A stretch of 63,143 bases of DNA, filler included, from Reclinomonas americana ATCC 50394 (lineage: Eukaryota), in the NCBI GenBank assembly GCA_048213135.1. It is 11 parts of 7 records of this genome, joined end to end, with 100 filler letters (N's around TTAATTAATTAA, not from the genome) between each part and the next. Parts side by side here need not be neighbours in the genome. Positions count along the whole stretch, not along the records: positions 43,087 to 47,877 come from PS015784.1; positions 47,978 to 56,498 come from PS015785.1; 9 more parts are not named here. One strand, written 5' to 3'. Each line of letters begins with the position of its first letter. Position 1 is the first letter of the stretch. Below, one piece after another: positions 43,001 to 54,842 of the stretch. The translations under genes and the position numbers were made by a program. A model generated the notes under the pieces. That model searched no databases and was not told the DNA's origin. It worked only from the letters and a program-made list of their open reading frames with translations.

Positions 43001-46000
43001 NNNNNNNNNNNNNNNNNNNNNNNNNNNNNNTTAATTAATTAANNNNNNNNNNNNNNNNNNNNNNNNNNNNNNNNNNNNNNNNNNNNGAAGTCACCACCGC
43101 TGACCGCCGCCTGCAGCACCGTGGTGCCGGAGGTGCGGCGCACGGAAAAGTCCTGAAGAGGAAAACACGAAATGAGGGTCACCAACAACGAAAAAAAGAG
43201 TTGTGCAGCCCCCGGTCGACGACAACTGACCGTGGTGGTGATGCTGTGCGCGCCAGTCAAGGCAGTCGTGAACGACTGACCAAATGCAGTGAGCGTGGTT
43301 CCAGAGGAACCTCCGCCAGCCGCCTGACCCAGCTGCAAGCTGCCGTTGGCGTTGCCGAGCACCAGAGTCAGCGGCGAGTGAGTGTGTGTGGTTCCCAGGA
43401 AGTTGGCGGTGGTGGCGGTGAACGACACGGTGGTGGCCGCCAGCTCCGTGGTGGTACTCGACAACTTGGTGTAGGGACCAGTGAGACTGAGAGAGGGTGC
43501 GAGGGCCGAGCCGGGCACAGTGGCGGTGAGGACCAAGGTGGACGAAAACACCGACACCGCAGAGCCGCCACTGCTGCCAATGGTGATGCTGCCGGTTTGC
43601 GCCGCCGTGGTGCCCAGTTGCATGTCGGAAGCGTTCACTGTGAACCGTGTGGTTGATGCACCGCCCACGAGCACCGTAGGTCCTGAAACGGTCACCTGAC
43701 TGGCGGTGCCTGTGCCCAGATCCACCTGCATGCTACCGGCGGCAAAAATGCCTGTGCCGTCGTTGACTTGCAACCGACCAGTGACGGTGGTCGTCGGCTG
43801 GATCGAAAGCAGCACGCTGGAGCCGCCAGCGCCGGTGGACGTGAATGTGACCTGCTTGGCGTAGCCAGTGATCGAGTCCATCTGCCCACCCGTCGATGGC
43901 TGCATGAGAATGGTTGACGCCGCCTGCAACTGCAAGTCCTGCGTCTTCAAGCGAATCGCCTGCGCCGAGGCCACCGGTGTCTGCAGAAGCAGCAACGAAG
44001 TCGCCGGATTGCCGCCCGTCCCATCGCCACCCACAGTTACCGTACTGCCCATCAGTGCCATGGAACCGCTGATGGAGGACGTGAGGCTGGTGCCGAGAAC
44101 CGTCACCGCCGTCGAAGCCTGGCCGAGCCGCAGAATCGACGACGGCGTGGCCAGCAGTTGCGTTGGTACCAATGTAACCGACGCACCCGACAATGTGGCA
44201 CTCCCCGACGCCGCTGACACCGTCAGCGACAGTGTGCCGGCGGTCAGCGAGAATGAGGTGGCGGTGATCACGTCAAACACCGGCAATTTGAACGTCGACG
44301 ACACCGTGGTGCTCGAGGCCTCCACAGCAAAGTTGCGCGCGTACAAATTGACCAGTGGGGTCGACTGACCGAGCGTGATGGTCGACGTGGTGGTGGTGCC
44401 GAGATTGAGGGTCGACTGCGCATTCAGGCTAATGATACCGCCGGCCGCCGACGCGTCCACAGTGACCTGGACAACAAAAAGTGAGCAGGGGGACATGATT
44501 CTCCACACAAGCAAACAAACACACACCTGTGTGGCCTTTAGCGACATGTTGCGATTGACGCCGGTGGTATTCATGTCAATCATCACCGCCTGCGTCTCGT
44601 CGTACAGCTGAATACGCTGCGGAGTCATGGTGATGGTGGCGGGTGTGGCTGAGTTGCCTTGCAACAAACTGATACTCGAAGTGCCGCTGCCCGACGTGGT
44701 GCTCTGCACCACCACTGCCAGCGCCTTGACAGCCAAGCTCTTCGTCTGCGTGCTGCTGTTGCCGGCAATGGTGACCGAGTTTGTGCCGTACAGGCTCATG
44801 TCGAATGTCGAGGCCACCAACGTGTTGCTGGCGCTGTTGGCGGCCGTGGACAACGACATGGTTGCTGTATTGGCGACCGTGCCAAGAGTCACAGTGGCAG
44901 CGTCGAATGACATGGCGCCCTGTCATATGTGTGAGAGTGTGTGTGTGTGTGCATGTGAGGCGTCGCCAAGGTGAGAGCACGGTGGGGGGGGGGAATGAAA
45001 TCACGAACCGACACGGCACCGGTAAACTGCTGGCCGTTCACGCTGACCACGGTGCCCGGCAGAGTGGCCGTGCCCAGCGTGAGCAACGTGGACGGCTCCA
45101 TGCGCAGCGTGGTCGGTGTAAACGTGTATGCGGCACCCGTGAATGTCGCAGACGGGCTGTGCGCGGTAAAAAAAAAACACAAAACACGATTTGAATACAA
45201 GCAACCAAACAAGAGCGCGGGCGTGAACAACAAGAAAAAAACACGAATGCGCAACGTGCTAAGTGCGTACGACGTGCTGGCCGACGTGGTGATTGTGGTC
45301 GATACCACACTCAGCAACGGCAGCGTCAGTACGTTTGTCGTCGTCGTACTCGAAGCCGTGAGAGCAATGGAGCCTGCCGCCGCCGTCAAGCTGGCCACAC
45401 CAGAGTTGCCGATGGCGATGGTGGAGGTGAGTGTGGACGTCACACCAATCTGGATGGCGCTACCGTCAATCACAACACCCGAGCGTCCATAGTGCCGAAT
45501 CTACAATTGATGCACAACGCGATTCCGTGAGCAGCGCAAAAAGAGTGGCAGGCAACCGGTGCGATGTGGGGGAAAATGACGCACCCGCAGGCACTCGGCG
45601 TACATCGGCGACGACGCGTTGTTATCGAGGCGCAGCTCGCACACCGAGGAGGAGCCGCGGTACAGACGAATGGTACCGGGTGTACCAGACAGTGTCGAGG
45701 CCACCAACTGCAGGCCGGCCTGATCGGTACCGGTGCCTGAGGCCGCCGTCAGTGACACTGAGGACTCGAGATCCAGTGCGCCGGAGAATACATTGACCAG
45801 TGGCGAAGGAGTCGCCAGAGTGCCAAGGTCAAACCGACTCGTGGCGGTGACGCTAACAGCCGCCGACGAGAGCGAAATGGATGTGCTCGACACTGCGCGA
45901 GTACACACAGCAACCATTGAACAAACAAACATCAAATGAACAAAAAACAGAGAGAAGCACACGACGTACGTTGCGAAATGGTCGACGTGACGGTTGGTGC

Positions 46001-47877
46001 CGAGGATCCAATGAGCACGCTCGGCGACGTGAGAATCGCCGACGTGCCATAGCGACCCGTGTAGGCCACCGCTTGCTGCGTCATGGACGTAGTCGACGAA
46101 TCGCCCAACACCATTGCTCCAGAGGGGATGGCCGTGAACGACGAGACGTTCCACGAGTAGCTGCCGCCAGTGTACGACGCCGACGTGGTGCTCGACTGCG
46201 TCAACACTGGCGCAGTGACCGACGTCGTGTCGGTCACCACACTCAACGACGGCGTCGTCAATGTGGTCGCACCGGCGCCGCCAATGGTGCCGATAAACAC
46301 GTTCAGATTCACAGAGCGCATGCGAATCGTGTTCAGCACGGTCGATGACGTGGGGTTGCCGAGCGTCAGCAACGTGGCAGCCGACGAGCCAAGCGAAAGC
46401 GTACCCGTCGTGTCCACCGCAACCGACGTCAGCGCCGCCAGGGTCGCCTGTAATCAAACGGGGGGAAACAAAGCAGACAGAGTGAGCGCGCGCCCCATCG
46501 GGTCTGCGCGGTCACGAGAAACAACACGCACCTGGCTGTTGAGGGCAATGTCGCCGAGAGTGAGGATGCCGTGTGCATTTCCGCTGGAACCCTGACCTGC
46601 CATGATGATCAGAGGCGCACCGACTCCCGGCGACGTTCGGGACGGACGCCGGATCGTCAACGACGCATTCAGATCGTCGTGCAACTGCATGACATTCGAT
46701 GCGCCACGGAAGCTGATGACGGCCGTGGACTGCATGTCGACGTTGCCAGAGAATGTGGTAGTCGCGACATTCACCAACATGGTGCCAGTGGAGCGACCGA
46801 TTTGCACCTGACTGGAGGCGTTGACGCCCAAGAACAGATTGCCGTGGGTGCTGCCACCCTGACCAGCATCAATGGTTCTGCTCAGGCAAACACAACAATG
46901 GTGAGGGAAGACGAGAAGGAAAGATGTACGGTGCAAGACAAACGCAACAAGTCTCCACCAATGCCGGTGGCCGAGTTCTGTCCGCGAATGGTCGTCGCCG
47001 AGCCGGTGGCACTGCCAGCAAGCGGTGTGCGCTCCATGATGAACGCCTTGTTGGAGGAACCGAGTCGCAGAGTGGCTGACGACAGGGAGGCGTTGCGCCC
47101 TGCGTTTTTTCAAGTGCGTGTGTGTATGCACGTGGTTAGTACGTAGCACTTATTACGAAGAACAAATGCGCATTGTGGGCAAACCTGGATCAAGTGTCAG
47201 CGTCCCGTCGACATTGATTGCCATGGCGCCCGACGACGCCTGCAGCGTGGACAGCTCCAGCGCACCCGTCAGCGTGGTGGCGCCATTGACTTGTAGCGAG
47301 CCGGCTAGAGTCGTGGCGCCCGCCACCGACAGCTGCTCACGATGGAAAACCAACGCATATGAGTCATGCGCACATCTGTGCAACACGATGAATGCAGACG
47401 CACCGCCGACTGAATTGTGGTGGTCGTGCCAGTGGCACCAATGGCCACGCCTGACGATGCCAGACCGAGTTCGAGGGCCTGCGTGCATCATGCCACAGTA
47501 AGCAAGCACATCAATACACACCGCGAGCGCCGTGCCATACAACGAGCAAAAGAACGCAACTGCGCCCACGGGATTGAGCTGCATGATGGATGTGCTCTGC
47601 AGCCGCATGCCCGACGAGCCAGTCAGATTGAACTGACCGGTGCTAGTAAACGTCGTTGTCGAATCTGCCGTCAGCGACACGACTCCGCCTTCGAGCGTCA
47701 GCTGTGCGGGTGGTGCATGAGTACCATGTACGTGTCATACAGAAATCTCGGCAAGGCAAGAAACAACATACCAATCCACGAGTGGACGACACGGGGCCGG
47801 TGGACAGTGTGAGCGCGCCGCCAGTAATGGCACCACTGTTGTTGAATTGTGCCGACTCCACACGGAGTTCAGGGGGC
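18650..47877 (-). CDS. Giant beta-repeat fibre-like protein with C-terminal peptidase S74 intramolecular chaperone (5' partial, gapped)
   Basis: Same-strand ORFs of G/T/V/A/S/L repeats (GATTLGGTLSVT-type) run across 19385-42609. Thirteen GT-AG introns in 42610-47771 and two at 19148-19211 and 19311-19384 preserve frame. The last exon has SDARLKRDI...GVSYLWN...GLLAQDV...FPDLV...VDYARLTAVLVEAVK plus a coiled coil. Continuity across gaps is inferred. Confidence 0.8.
19850..27938. repeat. Coding tandem repeat, 1866-bp (622-aa) unit, at least about 3.5 copies
   Basis: CGCAATCGTCACATTG ends at both 20700 and 22566 within one contig. Near-identical copies lie at 22831-24695 and 24972-26890, with a partial copy on the inverted contig near 27440-27938. 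Confidence 0.92.
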
Positions 47878-47980
47878 NNNNNNNNNNNNNNNNNNNNNNN
47901 NNNNNNNNNNNNNNNNNNNNNTTAATTAATTAANNNNNNNNNNNNNNNNNNNNNNNNNNNNNNNNNNNNNNNNNNNNCAG

Positions 47981-50900
47981 CTCGGTTCGCGTCCTCACTG
48001 CTCGGCTGGTTTCCGACATATTAGATGGTGCGGTGTGATCATTGCTCCGTTGTGCGTCGTCTTTTGTGTCAACTCATTCTGCTGGCGAAGATGTGCCGAG
48101 TGCTGTGGCTCTCGTGTCGCCGACAGACCTGCTGACTTCGATTGCGAGTTTGCTGCACGACAAAATGTCCTGTCTCACGGCACTCGAGCTGCTGCGACAG
48201 TGTGCAGCAGGTTGCGTTCCGCCTCTCTCTCTTGCAGCATGTATGCCGTCATCATCGACTGCGCTGACACGCGCACACACAGATTTCGCCGAGGATGTGC
48301 GCGATTGTGGTGTGCTGCTGGCGGTGCGCGATCTGTTGCTGATCGATGATGGCGACGGCGAATCCGAAGACATTCGCAAAGGCGCCCTGGTGTGCATGCA
48401 GGACATTCTCACCTATCGTGGCGTACCGCTGCCCGCCTCATACCGTGACTCCACGCCCACCCTACTTACACGTTCGTCACCATCGCAGACTTTACACTGC
48501 AAGACCTGCGGCGCCTACCAGTCGTCTGTTCGATTGCGAGACAGAAAACAAAGAGCGGAGCCGTGATCAAGAAGACCACCCTGCTGCCACTGCGGTCGAT
48601 TGCCATTCCATACGATGCTGCCGACAACCATGTCGGCAGTTGCTCGGTGGTGAATCCCGACGGCGTCTCCAAGGAGGAACGGTTTGTGCGGCTGCGTGCC
48701 AATCTGGCCCGGGTGCCCGGTGCCACCGACACGGTATGTCGAGGTGCTGTGAGATTGTACAACTGTGTGGCTCACTGGCGAGCGACAGCCGCTGACGGAG
48801 TTGGATGTGTGGCATGATTTGGTGGTGGGTGTTTCGTCGAATACTCGCAACTGGTTCCGTGCTGAGCCGTTGTTGGTCTGTTACAGGCAACCATGCGTGC
48901 TGACGAATCCACGTTCTTGGTGGTGGACGGAGATACAAAGGAGCTGGTGCGCTGCCTACCATGATGAGTGTGGTTTTCTGCGTGATTGCTGACTCCTTGC
49001 TTCTGTTGGAAAACAAACCAGGTGGCAACCATCGCCGGTCGTCCGTTCAACATTGAGATGCAGAATGCGCTGCGCGGTCGGCTGCCGTCGATTCGGCGAG
49101 AGGGATTTCGGTGAGCGAACAGCCATCACAGGAGTAGCATTTCCAACGCTCACTGCCTCTTCCATTGTGTCAGCATTGCCGGTGCGAGCACTCCGAGTCT
49201 AGCGGTGCGTGCGTCTGCACACATGTTGACTCTCCTTGTTCAGCCAACTCAGCGGTGAATATTGGCGCAGGATGCTTCGCTCATGTCGCCAGCCATGAGC
49301 ATGGGTGACGGCTCGGTCTCCGATGCTTTCTCGCCGGCCAATCAGCCGACACCGGCCCCAGAGCCAGCGGCACAGAGTCGATCGCCGTTGGCCAGCGATG
49401 TGGTTATTGTTGGGTCCTCGGTTGCTCTGGTGATTGTGCCTGCCTCTCATTTTCACGCTTGGTGTCGCAGGCTGAGCCAACCATCCGGAATCCGGCTCCT
49501 CCTCCTCCTGCTGCTGCTGCCACAGCGGCGCCTGCAGAGGCATCGACCCAGCAACGCAGTGCACCAGTGGTGGTTTCCTCGACTACCACCACCACCACCA
49601 CCACCACCACAACCACAGCCACAGGCAGTGCAGCAGCTGCTGCCTCTGCTCGCTCCAACCGCACGAGTCCCACCAAAACCACTGCCACAAATCAGCGACG
49701 TGTATCGTTTGCGGCGAGTGAAGAGGGACAGCAGCAGGTACATGCCGCTATCTCTGTCGACGTCTGGCTCATTACATTTCACGCATTAACACCACCTTAA
49801 CGTTCTGCCAGGTGCAAGCGGCTCGTGCTGCCATTCCACCAATTCAGACAGTGGCGACGACGACAAGAAGCGACATATCGAAACCGCCACCGCCGCTCGG
49901 CCGACCGCCGACCACGCAAAGCAATCGCTTCAGTGGACAGCAGCTGTACAAGTTTGTGGCCGCCGAGACGCCGGCCGATCCCTCTGGGATTGAGTTTCTT
50001 GTAAGTGCCTCCTTCGCCTGTGGCGGTAGCAGCAGTTTTGATTCTCACTCTAGAATCATCGCAGGATGATGCAGACATGCACGGCGAGCAGGTGACCATG
50101 GAGATTCGGCTGATTCTCATCGGCGACGCGCGAGGTGTGTACTGATGAATGGAAGGGTTGGAGTGTGCGTTTCCAGTGCGTGTGTATGAACAGAGTCTGT
50201 GTATGTTCAGTGGGTAAGTCGACGTTTCTACGGAAGTTTGGTACACGACGCACCCGGAATGGAGAGGATTATGGTGTGCTGCCTCGTGTGCTCTCTCTGT
50301 GCTGTGCTATATATGCATCATTCTCACTCACTGTCGTAGTGAGCGCATATGCCCGTGACGAGCAAGGCCGGTTGTTGCTGGTGAAAGTTGCGAAGTGCGG
50401 TCTCCGGCGAACATCAGGTACATCATGCTCACCTTCCTTGTTGTTTCGACAGGTACTCGAGTGCTTGCGTTGCGTGACAGTATGCGACACATCTTGTTTG
50501 GTTTGCGTCCACTGCACTCACACAGCGCTCCCTTGTATGCAGCCGACACTGCGGCACCAGACAACATGTTCAAGATGCTCAACGTGTTCAGACGCGCTCA
50601 CGGCCTCGTGTTCATGTTCGATGTCACGCGAGCGCACACGTTTGAAGTTGCGCACCACGCACGCCTCACCTTGCCCTTTTTCTGAGTTGACATCCAACCT
50701 TGCCTGGTTCCAGGTGATCTCGAATCTATATCGACAGGCCATGGACATTGGTCGGCAGCGGAACCGCTATCAGTTTGTGTGTCGCACAGTGTTGGCCAAC
50801 AAGGTATGCTGTGTGTGCACGACTTGTGTGCGTGTTTCTCGTCGTTCAAGTGCGCCGCAGGTGGACAGTCCGGAAACTGAGAAACGCGTCACTTTCCGGC

Positions 50901-51171
50901 AGGCGCTGACATTGGAGGGATCGTGTGGTATTCAAATGTGCGTCGTCTACGTGCGGTGTTATGTATCTGTCGTCTTGAGCTGGCCCGACAGTGCGTTGCA
51001 GAACGGAGCTGTCGGCTGAGAATTCTCCTGCTGCGCTGCTGCGCACCGCACTCGGGCACACGGTCGAGGAGGTGGTGCAGAGGCGTGATGAGAGCTGCTT
51101 TGACGACGTTCTGTCGGCCAATGTGGAGTCTGAGTGGGCCATGTGGAAGCGGAGCACTGTGGAATTGGGTG
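47981..51171 (+). CDS. Multi-exon protein ending in an atypical Ras-superfamily GTPase domain (both ends in gaps)
   Basis: Spliced G1 LILIGDAR|VGKST, G3-like DTAAP, AHGLVFMFDVT, G4 VLANK|VD and G5-like TELSA. Upstream exons are helical/ARM-like then Pro/Thr-rich; their linkage to the GTPase is not fully traced. Confidence 0.7.
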
Positions 51172-51888
51172 NNNNNNNNNNNNNNNNNNNNNNNNNNNNN
51201 NNNNNNNNNNNNNNNNNNNNNNNNNNNNNNNNNNNNNNNNNNNNNNNNNNNNNNNNNNNNNNNNNNNNNNNNNNNNNNNNNNNNNNNNNNNNNNNNNNNN
51301 NNNNNNNNNNNNNNNNNNNNNNNNNNNNNNNNNNNNNNNNNNNNNNNNNNNNNNNNNNNNNNNNNNNNNNNNNNNNNNNNNNNNNNNNNNNNNNNNNNNN
51401 NNNNNNNNNNNNNNNNNNNNNNNNNNNNNNNNNNNNNNNNNNNNNNNNNNNNNNNNNNNNNNNNNNNNNNNNNNNNNNNNNNNNNNNNNNNNNNNNNNNN
51501 NNNNNNNNNNNNNNNNNNNNNNNNNNNNNNNNNNNNNNNNNNNNNNNNNNNNNNNNNNNNNNNNNNNNNNNNNNNNNNNNNNNNNNNNNNNNNNNNNNNN
51601 NNNNNNNNNNNNNNNNNNNNNNNNNNNNNNNNNNNNNNNNNNNNNNNNNNNNNNNNNNNNNNNNNNNNNNNNNNNNNNNNNNNNNNNNNNNNNNNNNNNN
51701 NNNNNNNNNNNNNNNNNNNNNNNNNNNNNNNNNNNNNNNNNNNNNNNNNNNNNNNNNNNNNNNNNNNNNNNNNNNNNNNNNNNNNNNNNNNNNNNNNNNN
51801 NNNNNNNNNNNNNNNNNNNNNNNNNNNNNNNNNNNNNNNNNNNNNNNNNNNNNNNNNNNNNNNNNNNNNNNNNNNNNNNNNNNNNNNN

Positions 51889-54652
51889 AGCAGCGCAGAG
51901 TAGAGTTCTGTGCAGGTGCCGAGGACAGTGAGTGGGTGTGGATGCAGTGTGAGAAGAGAGGAGTGCTCACCAGTAAGAGGAACAGGGAGAGCTGCATGAT
52001 TTGTTGCACGACATCTCACCTCCTGCAGCACAGTGTCAGCACGAGAAGCATGCATGAACGAGAGCATGGCGTCAACCATCGACGAACCCACTGTGCGTGA
52101 TTAACAACATTCGAGGATTCGTGAAGAGAGAGAAGATCAACTGGTGAGCGGTGGGTGATATGACACTGCGGTAGTAAATGTCACACTGACCTCCTACGAA
52201 CCGCAAGAAGCATGTGAGTCACACGCATATGCAGATGGAAACGGGAACAGCACACATCAACTCACTTCCTGTTTTCCGTAATCCGCAGGCACGAGCAAAA
52301 AGCAAGTCGGTAAAAGTGAGTTAACGCACACAGAAGCCACTGAATACTTAGGGCATAACACACGCACATCCTGCAACAAACAAATCAGAGTGAGACACAA
52401 CAGACAGCAAACTACAACTACCCACAACATGTGCGACTCACATCCTGCAGGGAAGAGGGGGAGCAAGAGTGAGTAAATTCTTCATACGAGCAACATCCGA
52501 CAAGAGAGACGTGATTACGCACAAACTGGAGGTAGAATAGTTGTCGAAGCGCGAGCAATGAAACACAAGTGAGCAAACACAGTCGACAGCAAATCAACAT
52601 GAATGAATGAGCATAAAAGCCGCAACGTCCTGCGCAGATCAGATAGGGTTAGTGACATGCTTCAAAGAAGTACAAGGCTGACAGATAGCAGTGAATCAAC
52701 GCACCAGCTGCAGAACAGGATGATAACGCGGGGAGAGAGAAGAGAACACAGGTCAGTTGCTGAAAGGCAATTGAAAGCAAATGTCACAAACTGCGGCTCA
52801 CCAACTGCACATCAAAAGACAAGTGAATAATGAGTGAGCAAAGTGATAAGTAGGAAGCATAGTGCGGCAAGGATGCTCACTCACATACTGATTTGTAGCC
52901 GGTCGAGAACAGGAGCAAGGCACAGTGAGTGAACTGCAAACAAAAAGGTGGCAATTGCGCGGCAACACGGGCACTCACATACTGTGGGTGATAAGTGAGA
53001 CATGGTTAGTTCTCTCTGCTATAGATGTATGAAACAAGGCGAAACACACACAGCTCACCTCCTGTTCCACCAAGTTCGCACGGACACGATGGGCACACGC
53101 AAATGAGCAACACAAGAAAAGCAGCAGGACGCATCAGCAGCAAGATCACAAAAGCACAAACCCCCTGCGATGCATGGACGACTGGGTCAGCAACCAGAAT
53201 AAGACAGCTCAAACAACTGCCGCACACTCACCGGATGGAACCGGCACTCGCTGCACTCGGGCGACGAGACGCACATGTTGCACTTGTTGCACTTCCACAA
53301 CTGTTCGTATCGTCGCCTGTGAGAACGCGCAGGAGACGATCTCCCTCATGTGCAACACACAGACCTTGCTCTTGACAGACTGGACGCGTTCAATGGCCAA
53401 TCCAAACTCGTCGAAGGTTGTCTCCATGACCATCTGGTTATCATGGTTCGGTTGTGCAGCCAGCGGTCGTCGTCTCCTGCGCTGGCCAGTGAGCTGCTCC
53501 TCGAGAGCTGCCACCTTTCCGCACAGTTCCTCTTTTTCTTGCTGATGATTCTCGACCATCTGCACTGCACATGTCAGTCTTTGCATGCAACTGGCTCTTG
53601 TGGGATGAAGGCAGGAGATGGAGAGGCAGACCTTGCGCCGCTCCGCCTCGGTCTCCGACAACTGTCTTCGCAGGTTGGCCACCTGTGTGCAGATGGCATC
53701 GTGATTAGCATACTGCTGACGGACGTGTATCATGCGTGGATAAGCTGACCTGCTGCTGCAGCAAGCGCACTGTCGGGCCTAGCGCGGCATATTCGCACTT
53801 GTGTTTGGCCATGTCGCATGCTCGGCCGGTCCATTCGCATCCCACATCGCTCATGGCGCAGCAAACTTGACGCAGCGAGCACTCAAGCACTGGCGATAAG
53901 CAGAGTCAGTGGGTCGTCGGCATGCAATTGTTGGCCAACACTTACACACGCACCATGATGCCTGTCCATGTCCCTGTACGCAATGTGGTCGGCTCCACAG
54001 CGATCGCACACGTAGTTGCACTCAAGTCGGTGCGTCTCCATGTACTCGCGCACTGTACCTGTCCATCGGCACGGTGCCGCACCGGTCAACACATCGTTTC
54101 GCCGCGGGCATCGCACCTCCAGATTGTAAAACTGGCGCAAGTTCACCGACGGTGGCGTCACCGCATTCAGCAGTGTGGTGCCTCCGCAGCCGCAAAAGTT
54201 CAACGGACTGTGCGGAGTCAAGTGGCCTGCCAAAGTACCAAGTTTAGCGGCAGTCACACACGCACACACACGCAGCCAAGAGGCAATATTCGACGGCACA
54301 CACAACTCTGGCAGGCGTAGTGCTCGCCGCGCAAGCACAGCAGGAAGGGAGCCTCGGCCAGGTCCTGGCACACACCGCAGCGGTAGAGCGACGACGAGGC
54401 CTCGTGCAGCAGGTCGTCTTCCGTCAGCGGAGGCGGAGGAGCACCGATGACAGTGCTGAGCGTGCCGGTGGATGCTGGTGGTGCTGAAGAAGAAGACGAC
54501 GACGACGAGGAGGAGGAGGAGGAAGAAGAAGATGTGGAGGTAGTTGACGCCACTGATGGCCTCTTTTGTGGGTGGACGTGGTGGTGGTGTGCGTGAGGCG
54601 ACGCGTGCCGGTGGTGGCACACTGACGCGTTCGAAAGTACTCCGGTCAACAT
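51889..54652 (-). CDS. RING finger + TRAF-type zinc fingers + coiled coil + Cys/His module containing a microexon array (3' end in gap)
   Basis: CGVCQDL...CLRGEHYACQSC...CGC (RING-like), LEVRCP...CRWTG...HRLEC and CAMSDVGCEWTG...HKC (TRAF-type), a coiled coil, exon 53232-53316 WKCNKCNMC...ECRFHP, then 14 three-base exons and NSTLRC. Confidence 0.8.
52020..53164 (-). other. Array of 14 consecutive 3-nt single-codon microexons
   Basis: In transcript order: 53162-64 GGG, 53059-61 GAG, 52979-81 TAT, 52885-87 TAT, 52802-04 TTG, 52705-07 CTG, 52627-29 GAC, 52523-25 TTT, 52442-44 GAT, 52368-70 GAT, 52266-68 GAA, 52191-93 GAG, 52088-90 TGG, 52020-22 GAG. Each follows CAG (13) or TAG (1) and precedes a donor of the types used elsewhere in the window. 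Confidence 0.88.
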
Positions 54653-54842
54653 ACTGCGCGACAAAATGCAATACACACGGGTCAGCGCAGCAGCAGAGCG
54701 AGGTGCCGAAGGAATGCCTCTGACGCAACGCGCACACGCGATCGGGCAAGAGTGAAAAAACGACAGAATGCGATCTCTCGCCGATTGGGGCAATGATGAG
54801 CAACGGTCGACAGGACGTACATCGATTGTCCCGACATCGCAA

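Noticed and set aside
18650..47877. Bacterial, phage or giant-virus contamination or provirus
   Set aside because: The gene has 15 spliceosomal introns with the same donor types as its neighbours, and no viral hallmark genes are nearby.
51971..51991. Possible 21-nt exon (LSLFLLL) after the last microexon
   Set aside because: It would need a 28-nt upstream intron, far below other sizes here; treated as part of a 112-nt intron, though minor use is possible.
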